Below are positions 1 through 12,768 of a stretch of DNA of 40,040 nt, piece by piece. Made by a program: the position numbers and the translations under genes. The notes under the pieces were generated by a model. That model saw only the letters and a list, made by a program, of their open reading frames with translations, was not told the DNA's origin and did not search any database. Origin of the DNA: Diploschistes diacapsis (taxonomy: Eukaryota); NCBI GenBank assembly GCA_023645945.1, contig JALAIB010000051.1, positions 1 through 40,040 of the forward strand. Direction: 5' to 3'. Position 1 is the first letter of the stretch, and each line of letters starts with the position of its first letter.

Positions 1-44
1 GAGGCCATACATATGCGTTGGAGTAGAGGCTGGTGGGTCTATCG

Positions 45-88
45 AGCAGCAGCAGCAGCAGCAGCAGCAAACAACAACAACAACAAAA
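45..88. repeat. Compound (CAG)n/(CAA)n microsatellite
   Basis: Direct reading: agcagcagcagcagcagcagcagcaaacaacaacaacaacaa. Confidence 0.9.
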
Positions 89-191
89 TGCCTCGACAAC
101 CTGTAAAGAAGTTCCTGGTATGTGTACGTACGTATATTATAGGCCGGAAAGAGGCAGGACCGGTTTGTGGCCCTTGCTTTTTTCCTTCTCC

Positions 192-213
192 GCACACACA
201 CACACACACACAC
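192..213. repeat. (CA)n microsatellite
   Basis: Direct reading of about 10 CA units. Confidence 0.9.
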
Positions 214-709
214 GCATGGCGTTATGCAAGGAAGATATATACTACTGCTATTACTTACTGCTGCTTGGGCCGTTCCGGGGCCGCACTTGCAACCACTTGC
301 TCGGTTATAGAAATGCGAATCACAGCTGGTACCACCTGCCTACCTCGTACCTGTCCTCTGCCTACCCTCTGCCTGCTCGTATCGGACCGGGACATATGCT
401 TATCCACGACGTGAGGGCTTACCAACACAACCCAGCACTGAGGGGACCCAGGTGACGAGATAGAACTAACCTACGCTACCTCTGCTGCTACCTACAAGAC
501 ATTACGAAACAGTCATCGCCCCCAAAAAAAACCGACCGCCGTTGGTGTGCTAGTGTTTGCGTGCAATCCTTCGGCCCATCGAACCTGATGCAACAGTGTG
601 GGGAAATATTTTGCCCATCCGCACACGGACGGTAAATCGTCATGAATGCACCAATAATGAAACTAAAGTCCGACCGCCCGTCTGACCCGGACCCAGCTTG
701 CTAACAATC

Positions 710-2799
710 CTATGCCACGGCTTTGATCAGCTCTGCGGCTTTCTCGCCGATGCCGTAGCAGGCCATTTGAGGATGACCCGTCATCAGGAGGGGCATGACA
801 CTTGCATCGGCCACTCGAAGGTTGGCGACTCCCCTGACTCGCAGCTCTGCGTCCAGCACAGCCGTGGGATCCCCATCCTTACCCATTTTGCAGGAACCTG
901 CTGGATGGTAGCCTGAATGTACTTGTCAGCTCCAAGGATTCATCCCAGAAGGAAATGCAGCCGCCCAGCTTTTTTGCGCTGGGGATTACTTACATGTATC
1001 AGCTCTGGACCGAAGCGCAGGCTCCCATTCCTCCCTTTGGGTATATTGGTGGTGATGAAGGCTTTCCGGCCAAGAACCCTTGATGATGTCATTCGTGGAA
1101 GATCCCGTCGTGACAATCTCGTTAGCAAGTGCACAAGCCTCGGAAAATACGAGCATATCCAACGGCTCGCTCAGGTATTTGTGATCAACAATCGGATTAT
1201 CCTGTGCGTTTGCCGACTTCAGCGTCACATGGCCACGGGATTGGGGAGAGAAGAATTCAACCGCAATGGCAAAAGCATGCTGGCTGTCCGAGGGGAAATC
1301 TCTCAAGAGATATTTTGGACTGTAGCACTCGGTATTCCAGAATTCAACATGAGGTTGTATCGGCTTCAGACCCATCGGATCTAAGCCATCCTGGCGCTTT
1401 GCCCCCGCTTGCTGCCAGAGCGGTGAATCTTTAAGGCGTTCGTCCAGTCTAGCATATGCGAAGGAGCCGAAAGGAAACTGCGACATGAATCCGGTATGAT
1501 CTTCTTTGTACTGCCTTATTGAGCGCTCTCGAGCTCCAGTGTGCCATACCAGATGATCATTCGTTATGCCAGGTTTCGTAACTTCGTAGAATATCAGCAT
1601 CACCTATCGCTTGTTTAGTAGCCGATCTATCAAAACTATAGGGCGAAGGCAAGTCTTACCAAGTGATCCATGAGGTTCTTACCAACACCAGGGAGCTCCA
1701 AAATACACTCAATACCATGTTTCTCAATTTCTTCTCTCGAGCCTATCCCAGAACGCATAAGAACGGTGGGACTTCCGTACACCCCAGAAGATAAAATGAC
1801 TTCCCGTTGCGCTAAGATTCGATGTTTCTCGCCCGTCAGAGTTGCCAACTCGACGCCTGTGGCCGTTAGGGAGCCCTCGCGGTCTTCTATGATAAGACGA
1901 TCGACGAAAGTATTTGTTCGGATGGTAATGTTGGGCTTCACTTTCTGATTCTCGCCCATGATGTAGTCTGCCGCTGTTGTACGGACTCCTTTATAGACAG
2001 TACGAACGGCATGGCCGCAGCCATGGGGGATGCCACCAGTGCTGAACATATCCGGGTGTAAAGGCAAGCCATTTTCCTGATAAGCCTTCAAGACAAGGTC
2101 CGAAATAGGAGCGTTGTCATGCGGAGCAGTGAAGACTGGGCCAGAATGGCCATGTGCTTGCTCTGCAGCATCAAACCAGGGCTTGTTTTGGAACGATTCT
2201 GCCTGTGCCAGAATATCTTTAAATTACGGAACCATGGAATCCTGCCCAACCAGCCCGGCTTACCTTTGACATATGCTTGAACATCTCCTCGCCAGACCAA
2301 CCAGGCAAATCCCACGCATCGTAATCAGCCTGGGAGCCACGGATGCACAGAGTTCCGTTGGCGCCGCTTGTTCCTCCAAGAAATCTAACATATTTAGCGC
2401 CCAAAAAAGCAGATTTGGCAGCACTCACTTTCCTCTACCCAAATGCAGCTTGCGACCATTCAGGCCAGGATTGGGTTCGCTCCAAATCTGCCAGTCGGCT
2501 TCAGTTCCAAGAACCTGAGCTACTCTAGACATATTCTAGCTTGTAATCTCTTTTTTCGGCCAAAACCACACACGTACGCAGCCGGTATGGCAGAGAAGGG
2601 AACAGACTCCTTCGGACTGCCTGCTTCCACCACAAGGACTTGCACTCGAGGGTCCTCAGCAAGACGGGCCGCAACTACACATCCCGCAGTTCCACCGCTT
2701 CAAGCATCTGTCAGTAGTATTTGCAAGCGGAGCCACGTATTGTACTTCCCCGCAAACAATGTAGTCGTAGCTAGAAGGGAGATCGCTCTGTTGGGCCAT
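710..2799 (-). CDS. GMC (glucose-methanol-choline) oxidoreductase, FAD-dependent, probably intracellular; 7 exons
   Basis: Manual splicing gives MAQQSDLPSSYDYIVCGGGTAGCVVAARLAED...VLVVEAG (ADP-binding motif), GRGKFLGGTSGANG, EVILSSGVYGSPTVLMRSGIG, LPGVGKNLMDH and C-terminal YHPAGSCKMG...LRVADASVMP...GHPQ. Stop TAG at 710-712. Intron 1 requires a non-canonical donor (see findings). Confidence 0.92.
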
Positions 2800-4120
2800 C
2801 TCATACAATCTCCAAAGTCGTCTCAAATAGTGCGCTTGTGGATAGGACAGCCGAAACGCTTATAGATGGCCGATGATAAAGCGATAATGAACCCGTATGC
2901 CTGCGATAAGGGCTTCAGATACTGTGACGGAGCAACGGTCTTACTTCCAGCGAGTCTCAGTATCCGAAGAAGAAACGCCTGCTTAGTGACATCATTTTCC
3001 CCAGAGAGCTCTGCGCGTTGTGCATGGCTTCAAATGAGCAAAGATTTTCGCAGCCTTGCTGAACCGCAACTATGCAGTATGCAACAGCAAGATAAACAGA
3101 GCTCTTCCGGTACAAGGCTAAGCCCAACCCCCAACCATCACCTTGCACGAGCGAGGCGTATGCCACGTTACTGATGGCGAAGGCAACGAGGAGAGGAGAG
3201 GAGGGGAGGGGAGTGGAGGGCAACGTGAGAGGGAGGAAGGGAGCGACAAAGTTGGGGAAACACGACGGTTGGACGCGTTCGGGCGAAGTTATGTTGCAGC
3301 GTGCTAAGCTATCTGGCACAACTGCAACTGCCAGCGTTAGTACGAGCATGTATCACGCGCAATATGTCCGTCTCCATCCATATACTACTAACATGTAGCC
3401 TGGCTTTGGGGCTTTGGGGCTTGTCTTGGGCTAAATATGGCTTTTCTCTTCTTTTTTTTTTACCTTTCCGTCGAGGACTTGACTTGCCTGCCTGCCTGCC
3501 TGGTATATATATATACCCCGTTGGCAATAGATCAGCTTGCCTTTTTGGCTTTTGACCCCTACTTAGCATGCAACCCGGCATGGCCGGCATCATGTAGCAG
3601 CCCTTTTTGTGATTTCAGACTGTGCAGTATCCCCTTCCCCCACCCCCCCATCCAAGGCCTGCGTCGCTCGCTCGGATGCCACCCCGTCGGTGGTGCATAA
3701 CGTACGTGTGTGCATATATAATATATATACTGTTCACTGTTGTTATCTTTTTTGATGCAAGAGGCACGAGGAGGCAGCGTGGTATTGTTCTGACTCCCAT
3801 TCTAGGAGAAGTTGTGTGTCATTTCTTTTTTTCGTTGCTCATGAGCGATGTGCTCTCCAATCGTGTACCTACCGAAATAAAAAATAATAATAAAGATTAC
3901 AAAACAGCACACTTTGACCGAAAATCCCAGACATCGTGAATCTTCGTCGGGCATTTCGATCCAACCTCCAAACATTTGTCCAACAGCAAGCTCATTCTGA
4001 GCTCATGCATTGTGTATCCAAGCATAATATCACAGCACTCCCTTGCCTTTCTTTCTCGTATTCAAAAGTACTCCTCACCATCGCAACCGTGTTCTCTTCC
4101 ATCATCATGCCACTCCTGAT

Positions 4121-7100
4121 TTACTTACCCCGCCCACCCTGCTCCTCGTCACTCCACCACTTCCTCTTCCTCCCATTCCCATCGCCATTCTCGCTTTCCC
4201 TCGAATCAAAGGAAGGGCCGGAGAGGCTCCTCTCAAGAAAGTCCCTACCACCACTGTTCTTGGCGGGTGTAGAGTGCTCCGAGAAAGACCAGTATACGCT
4301 TTCGTCCAGCTTCGAGAGTGGTGTTTCGGGGCCGGCGGCACTTTCTCCGGTGACGGCGCCGTTGCCGATGGCGTTGAGGGCTTCCTGGTATAGCTGAGTG
4401 GAGATAATTCCTTCTTCCTCTTCTTCTTCTCCTTGTGCTTTTTGTTTGTGTTTTTCTACAATCTCACCTTATCCTCTCCCGCTTCTTCACCTACATCCTC
4501 ATGCTCATCATCGAGGGCGGTGGCCACGCCCTCAGCCATTGCCGCAGGAGTAGCGAGCACCTCTCGATCACCAGTCGCCTGGCTTCCCGTACCCGGTACA
4601 GCTCGGGCCTCTAGCTGGGCCCGAAGCAAAGGTAGAGCGAGCTCGGCCGCTTTCGTCTCCGCAACTTTTCTACTACTCCCTCTTGCTGCCGCCACTTCCT
4701 CGCCGGCAACCTTCAGACGGCAGAGATACCGCCCGCCATCCACATCGTCACCTTTTCCCTCTCTCGCAGCTTCTCCTTCTGCCTTTCTTTCTTCGTCGGC
4801 ATCCACATGTTGCAGCTTTTGACTGCTTCCACTTTTTGTCTCGACACTCACCTCGTATTCCATGACCTTGTATTTTCCCTGTCCATCACTATGCAGTTTC
4901 GATGCCACAACGCCAAGTTCCTCCTTCGGGTGCCATACTCCCATCTTCGCTTCTCCTTCCCTCTCCATCGCCAGTGCTCGCCGGAGCCATGGCAGGACGC
5001 CTAGTTTCTCGAGCCACTTCTCGCATGCATCCATGTTCCCAGCGGTGTCCACATAAATTGCGCCAAGGACCGACTCCACGAGATCCGATACCAGCTTCTC
5101 GGGCGCGAGGGCGGCAAGACCAGTCCAGGGATAGACGTTTCCCTCCTCCAAAGAGGAAGAGATAGTGGGCTGAAGAACTTTGAAGCGGTTGATTGTGGAT
5201 CCCAGGGCCATGGAAATGTCAACCGAAGGCGAACGGCGGAGAAGACTTAGTACGCTAAGCTCAACCGCCGATCGTGTAGTTGTTGGTGGGGAATGCACGG
5301 ACGAGGCTGAAAGAGACTCGGGCCTATACTTCATCGGGCTGGATAGGGGTGAGCTGGCCATCGGTGGGGGTATGATATCCGTGATCGGCATAGATATTGT
5401 GTGCGCCAGGGCGAGGAAAGCCAGGAAGTCGGCGTTCACGGTAGCGGAGCGGAGCAGGTGCATTCTCGACACCGGTATTTCGCATGAGGAGTGATTAGTG
5501 TTGCCCCTACATATAGTTGTTGTGACGATCTGGTCAAGAACCGCATCGCCTAGGAATTCGAGACGCTGGTAGGATGGACTATGTGTGGAAGAGATATGAG
5601 AAGGATGTGTGAGAGCTTCGAGTATTACCGCCGGGTGGGAGAAGGTGTGGCCTGTCAAGGCTTCGAGATGAGAAATTGTTTGTGGTATGGGAGGCGAGAG
5701 CTGTGGAACTGCTGCGAGGAGAGCTTGGTGACGGGCGGAAAGAGTTGTCCATTGTGCCTTGGGTAGGAGCGTGTTGAGGCAAGCGAGGAGTTTTGGCTCG
5801 CCACCGTCAAGATATGCAGCGCCTATAAGAGCTTCAATAACATCGGCAAGAACCTTTGTCGACAACTCAATCTGTGCTGAAGGAGGTTTGTCCACAAGGT
5901 CCGCATTGTACAGCGGTCGCCACTTGTGGCTCTTGAACATGTTACGTAGAATGTACCCATCTAATCCTATATCTACGGCCGCTATTGCTAGGGCTCTGTT
6001 AGAAACGACGTGATCCTTGAGATGCGCGAGGTAGCCTTCATGGTAGTTGAGGTGCTCAGCCGTCAGGGACACAGCGGTGTAGTATTTGAGTATAGCATCA
6101 CCAAGGAATTCGAGCCGTTGGTAGTCAACGCCTTCTCGAGCAACAGGTGCCGAAATGGCGGTCAGTACGAGGCTCTTGTCAGAGAATCCTACGGGAGCCA
6201 AGATAGACGAGCAGAGACTTTCAACAATGAAAGCAATCGTTACTTTGTGCAGTATGCTAGGATAAAACGCAGCAAGCCGTGAGTGCGACCCGGGCAATGC
6301 GTCGACAGTGCATTGTGCTGGGTCAAGCAAGACCGGCGCAGTTGGCTTCGTGTTGCCCTGTGACAGTACGGGATGGAGATAGTCTATTCTCTTCGAGACG
6401 CGAGAAGCCCTCAGTTTAACGGAGCACGGTGCATCGTCACCATTGGGGGGGACTTCATCGATCGTTTCCACGCTTTCTAGATGGTGAGGCTGGCCGTCGA
6501 CATCTCTTAGCCAACCATGGTCATGCTCTCGGAATTCTGACAGGATATATTCTTTGGCTGGAGTTGTTTTCTGTACGGAGTCGACGAGTTGGGCGGTTAA
6601 TTCGTATGTTGGTGCAAACAGGAGTGGGAATCCGTCTCTTGCCCATGTCATTCTTGAGCGGAACGAAGAGTAGAGCAAGGTTTTGGTGTAATCGTGTATG
6701 AAGGCAAGGCTCTCATGAGCGTACTCTGAGCCTGCAGAATTAAGATGCGAAAAACGAACTTCATATTCAGTGCCGGGATCAACATAGAGCTTGAAACTCT
6801 CAATAGACACCAAGGCGCACGAGAGAACCAAGCGTGCAGATAATTGAAGATCAGGACCATTCCAGATTTCCATCATTGTGTGGTAAGTTGGATTACCTGG
6901 GCTCCAGAGTGCCGCAATTCTCTGCCACGGATCGTGCAACGGGTTGACCAATACCATGTTCGGTCTCTTTTCAATCTTACGGTATATCTCATCCTCTTCC
7001 TCGACATTAGCGTACGGTAGCAGATTGTCATTGATGAGACCAGCACGGTAGAGTCCCACATAAGCTTCAAATGCGGCGTCCATCTTCGCGTGGCGCTCGG

Positions 7101-9212
7101 AACTCCATTCTTGCGAGTTACCAAATTCCCGCACTGAACCGTCTACACAGTTTGGAAGTATTACCCTGCACGCCACCGACTGATCTTCCGCACGAGCTTT
7201 ACAGCTGAAGATTGGGTTGGTAGAGGCATATTGTACTCTTGGCAGAGTGTTGCAGAAATGGTAGAGATGAGGCACTGCATCATGAAGGGTCAGCTTTGCA
7301 CTGCGTCCATTAGTATCCGAGATAACTCAGAGGGAGGTGGTAGTTACCCCGTAGAAGGCACTACGAATTCTCGATGACGGTCCGCGCAAGCCTCCAACTG
7401 CTCGATCTTCTTCAGCTCTCGCATATCGTCCATATACTTTTCTTTCATCTCTTCTTCCAACTTCAACCATTTGGCAGCCAAGGATTGCCGCTCAGAATCT
7501 GACAACATGATGTAGTACTTGGATTTGGAGCTTCGCGCTCTGCCGCGCCGTTGGATAAAGGAGACCAAGTTTTTCGGTTGGTCAAAACAGATGACCGTGT
7601 TGCATGCCGTGATATCGATCCCTTCTTCCACGACGGTTGTCGAGATCAGAAGATTCTTGTTGCCAGTTCGAAGCTCATCGAGAACGTTGTCCAACTCTCT
7701 CATGTCTGGGGCTCTGGTAATTCTGTCGCTAATCTTTGTCTTTTTCTGCATGTTAGTGGAGGTACCCACGGAAGCCCCTATTCTGAAGTATCTCTGGGTC
7801 AACGGGTGGGCCTGGAGAAGCCTCTTCAGCATACACACGACTGCTCGTGTTTCAACAAATACGATCCCAGAGAATTCTGGTCCTGCTTCCTTCAAGAGAA
7901 TATCGATAAGTCGATTTACTTTGGCAGTAATACAGCAAGTTTCCAGGTCAATCTCAGTAGGCTCGACGGTCTCGCTAATATTGTTAAGAAAGTTAGATAA
8001 GTATATCGTTTCTTCTTCCTCGATAGATGTTGTGTAAACCATTGTGCCTTGCTTGGCCTTCTTAAAGGAGTCGATACAGCAGCGCAAGTAAGTCCCAGAT
8101 GCCCAACCACCCAGTTCCTGGTCTACAGTCTGCGTCGTTTGGACAAGCGCCTTCAGCTGCTCCTGACAGTCCGTTTTGCCATTCAAATATGCCTTTTTTA
8201 GTTTCGCACTACCGCTGTCCCCAGATTGCTTCAAAAATCGGATGTAGGGATCGTCTTCGATATCGAGGGCGTGGTATGCGCTCATGAGTACGTGGAACGC
8301 AGGCGACGGCAGAGAAAGTCCTCCCTCATAGACGCGTAATATCATTTCAGGCCGATGTACGTATCTCAGCAGATCGTCCCGATGTTTTCTCGGTGTCTTG
8401 CAAATCGCGTGCATGTTTCGCTCTATCGTCCTACATGGTCAGTGCTCCCGCCGCCAACCCGTTCAAGTGACATACTGCAGGCCCTGGACGTCATCATTGA
8501 AGACTGGACTTGCCGACAATCCCAACACGTGCGGCACCTCTCTCCCTTCCAGCCTCGCCGAATCATAGAAATCTCGCATGATCCTGTTCGCGGCATGTCT
8601 ATCTTTGCAATAATGCGCCTCGTCGAACACGAGTAGGGCGATCTCCGCCATCTTGACAAAGGCGTGCGAGAGAGCATTGCAAAGCACGTCGTGCGTGCAG
8701 ACGACGATGCGGATATTGAGAAGGACCTCGTCCCATATGCTCTGCGTACTCCAGAAGTCGCAACCGTCTTTGCCAACAAGGAGTCTCGTGGGATAGGCCG
8801 GGAGCTGTTTCGATACGACGCGATGCTGCTGCTCGGCGAGGGCCACTTTGGGGCAGAGGAAGAAGACGCGCTTCAAGAGGGGCTTAGTATAGGTATGAGA
8901 GGCTTGGATTAAAAAGAAACCCCGAGCACCTTATTTGGGGAGCAACGCTCGAGCTCAGCAGCAATACGTAGAACAGCACTTGTGGTTTCAGAATGGCTTC
9001 GGATACAGTGCTTGCAAGCACCTACATGTTGGTCTTGCCGGAGCCCGTGTCCATCTGCGGTTGAGCACAGCTTAGCCAATCCATTCAGTTCGTCGGTGGT
9101 GCACTCTCACGGCCACAATGATGTTCCTCTGCATGCTGTCCTCCAACATCTCGAGCTGATACGCTCGAGGCCGGAGGATGTCAGCACCATGTTCGTGAAC
9201 GACAGCAGCCAT
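4121..9212 (-). CDS. dcl2: Dicer-like protein 2 (DExD/H helicase, helicase C, Dicer dimerisation domain, two RNase III domains, dsRBD)
   Basis: Spliced N-terminus MAAVVHEHGADILRPRAYQLEM...NIIVA|MDTGSGKT; VFDEAH; VEEGIDI...QRRGRAR; LYHFCNTLP dimerisation domain; RNase III signatures QRLEFLGDAIL/LADVIEALIGA and QRLEFLGDAVL/VSDLVESVLGA; no evident PAZ, as typical of fungal Dcl2. The 3' end is 4456 if unspliced or 4121 if a final intron 4394-4467 is used. Confidence 0.93.
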
Positions 9213-10196
9213 GGCGTATTAGGGAATCGATTTCAATGTATCCACGTCGTGCTTGAAAAGCTCCACTCTCAGCTAGCACACGTGGAATGTGCTCATCGTG
9301 GAAGGTACATGAAATAGCTGCCTCAGATCGCGGGACCCTGTCGTGGTATGTTTAAAGCTAAAGATACATAACGTCAAGCTATAGTAGCAGCTCCGTTTAG
9401 CGAAAAGCAAATGGGATGACTCCACGTCAGAAAAATCTTTTGGGAAGGATAAGAAAATATTTTGTAGGTGTAGAATAGGTGTATCTAGGTGTAGGTGTGT
9501 AGCGACAACTGAGGGGTCTTGGCATTTACAGCCCTGCCTGCCTGCACGCTTTGTAGATTGATTGCACGCCTAATCTGAGTGTGATTTTCCCATTATTTTA
9601 TGTTATATTATAGTATTATATAATATTGCTGTAGCCTTCTTCTGCTCTCTGTCCTTTTGTCATCTTCCCCTTACCTGCATTCGTTCCCAGCGGCAGCGGT
9701 TAATGCACATCACTTTCAAGCTTCCTCATTTCCCTCCTCCTATGAAGTTGAGAGATGACTCAAAAAGCACCGCCTACAAGTAGTAGTGGGGCCCAATCCT
9801 AAGGCTATGACTGTACAATGGAAACTTTCTGTTCCTCGTTCTTTCTCTCTTTCTTTCAGGAACGGGGCTGAGTTTAGAGTTGGCCCCCGAACCCTGGTCC
9901 TCCGAGCCTACCCTTCGAGGCATACCGTAAGGCACTTTTAACCTGCAGGCATGGGGGATGACATTTCCATTGACCCTAGATAGATAAACACGCACAGGAA
10001 CCCAAACGATAGCCAATCATCAGATAAGTAGTGGTCGTTGGATCGTGGGTCTCGTCATGTAGTAAAAGAAGAGAAGCGACTATTTGAAAGGCATAGGGCC
10101 CAACTCCCAAGAGCTCACAAAAACAGAGCCCGCTCGCCCGCTGTGTTCCAATAATCGCATATCGCATATCCCCAAGACAAAAGGCCGTTGAGGTTC

Positions 10197-10216
10197 TGTT
10201 GTTGTTGTTGTTGTTG
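10197..10216. repeat. (GTT)n microsatellite
   Basis: Direct reading tgttgttgttgttgttgttg. Confidence 0.85.
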
Positions 10217-10557
10217 TGATGACTTTGCTCCCCGCCCTTAGGCAGCACTATGTGTGGGCGCCCGAGGCGGCTCGCCTTACCTCACCTTACGCATGCAGCC
10301 TTGTATTGCCTCAACTATCCAGCCCCTTTTTTAAGGTTCGAAATATGCATATATAAACCCCAGATTCGCCATGTCATCTTCTGTCCTTTGCGCACTCCCC
10401 CCATCACGCCTTCTTCAGTATTCCTTGTTTTTGCCCTGTAATAATTTCTCGACCCCCGTGGCACGGTAAGGGATATTCTCGACTTTCTTATCCCGGTTCT
10501 CACCCTGATCTGTCATCTTCTTCCTCTTAAGTGCTCTCCTGTACTCGCGTCATATCT

Positions 10558-11555
10558 CTACCGTCTGTTGCTTGACCCTCTGTAGGACCTGTTGAACCTT
10601 ACCCGATGATCCTCGGTATAGGCTCCGGCGCTCGACGCCGCCGTCGATGGGCTCGTCGGCGGGTTTGGATACACCTGGTCAGCCACATGCGGAACACTGC
10701 CACCGGTGATCTCCTTATAAGCCAGATCGGATATGATTCTCTCAAACCAGAGATACCTGTACAACTCCGGATCCATCCTTCCTGTCGCCCTTAGGAGCTC
10801 GCCTCGTTGGTGATGCAGTGCCGCCACGTGCTGCATCCTCTCCGACCAGCTCATCTCCGCTGTCTGTGCATCAAAAGTGGTCTCACAGAAGGGACAGGCA
10901 CTCGTTTTCGGAGGTTGTTTTCCATGGAAATGAGTCAGGCTGTGCTGGTACCAGTCCCCGGAAGAGGAGAAGGTAAGACGGCAGGGGAGATGATCGAATG
11001 GACACTCGTACGAGACGGGTCCCGACGGTGGCAAGACCTGCATGCCTCCTTCCGGGTCAATGTCGACCTGTTGAGGATTGTACGTGCGGGCTATGATAGA
11101 GGTCGAGACAGAGTGGCCGTCACGGCTAGAAGAGCCAGCAACGCTCCAGCCGGGTAGGCTTCCATACTGACTCTGAGTCCCGTTGCCTACAGAGCCATTC
11201 TGCAAGAGGGAGGTACCAGGCCCGCCAGCGTACTGAATGGTGTTGTGAAGGATGCGCACATTGGGCAGCCTGCTGTTTTCGGCCTGACGTCGACTGATGA
11301 GGGGTTCATCGCTGTGGCTCATGAAAGAATCAAGGGCGGGCGAGAATGTGGCATTGCTCCTGCGGTCGCGAGGCACTGCAAGGGGATGTCAACGTCCATG
11401 GAAAGACAAGGCTGTGGATTGAAGCTCCGATCGACTCACTTTTTTGTGGATCTGCCTCGGTAGTGTAGGCGATTCGATCCTTTCCGCGCCCCGGATACCC
11501 CTGGTCTGTGCTGTGGAGGGACCACGAAGTATGGTGATGACGATTCTGTGTTCGG
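10558..11555 (-). CDS. C2H2-type zinc-finger protein of unknown function (start codon not resolved)
   Basis: ORF 10558-11376 holds CPFDHLPC...WYQHSLTH and CPFC...RMQHVAALHH fingers. An upstream exon (...YPGRGKDRIAYTTEADPQK) ends at a GTGAGT donor near 11438 and joins via a TTGCAG acceptor near 11377. Confidence 0.7.
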
Positions 11556-12768
11556 CTGGGACCTCAGTCAACGCTGACTACCTCACAACGCCTGGAAACT
11601 GATCAAAGCCGTCTGTGATGCAACCGAAAAGGTCAATTGAGGCCCCGAGTGTCACAATGCAAACTGCACAGCGAAAAGAGAAAAAGGAAAGAGTGTAGAG
11701 CACATGCCCATCTGCTGCAGCAGAGCAGAGCCGCATCTACCTACATAGTTTTACTTTGGTGAGGTCCCGGCGAGCCGGGGTGCCATTTTAGGGTGGGGTC
11801 CAAGACGACTTGACCTACAACTTGAAGTTGCAACCTATAACCAACCACCCCTCCCCCGGGCTGGCGCTCCTTCCAAGCTTTCCCGCTCCAATAGTGGCAG
11901 CGCGCTGGCAAACACGACAAGACGGTGCTTGGTATTTTGACTTGTTCAGATTCAGATACCGGCCTTGTTTAACAGTTTCCCACTTACTACATTGGGTATC
12001 GGTCCAGGCAGCAAGCCAAAAAGGGGTCAAAAGTCCCCCAGAATTTGTCTTGGCACGTATGCTTGGGCTTTCCCCAAGCTCCAAGCTCCCATTCTAGCCG
12101 CCGACTCAATTGGTGGCGCCGATACGGCATTAGCCCGCACAAGCTACGAGAAGTGCGCATTGTTGTGCAGAGTGCTTGACCTCGTGAGTTGTTGGGAAAG
12201 GTCGCGGATACATTTACGTTACGAGAAGATAGTGATGAGAGAAAGAGATTGGAAGAACGCATGCCTCCTTCAAGGAACCCTTCACGGCCAAACCCCTTGT
12301 TTTAGTCTACCCATGGTATTGTGTGGGGCAAGTAGGAAAACGGAAAGCTTAAGCTGGCATGACCAACAAACGCAATCATAACAACAAACTGCTCTCGGAT
12401 TGCGATTAACGGAAATTCCATATTAGAGAAATAAACTGATAAACTGTCTAAATGGGTATCTCAGATGGGTATCTCGAATGCCAAAAACATATCCGCATCT
12501 CCCATTCCCATATCTTCGTAATCAGGCTTCGAAAATGCAAGCAAAGCTGAGACCCATCCTGCGTCGCAATGCGTAGGGCTGCGTCTAAAACCCAACAGAC
12601 ACCACCGCTGGACGTCTGCAGCTGGCACTGGCCAATCCGTCGACCGGCCTCGTTCGTCCGGATTTCATTCATTCGAGTCCGCCATCCCGAGTTCGTCGAA
12701 GTGTTCGAGCCCGTCCATGCAAAGTCGTTTCATCCCCGACACCCTCTCACCCTCTTCCCCGCAATCGA

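Noticed and set aside
13..455. 133-aa and 140-aa ORFs at the window start
   Set aside because: Built largely from microsatellite runs, with no domain signal.
2866..3940. Several 60-130 aa ORFs between the GMC gene and dcl2
   Set aside because: Low-complexity promoter/terminator DNA with homopolymer runs and no coding signature.
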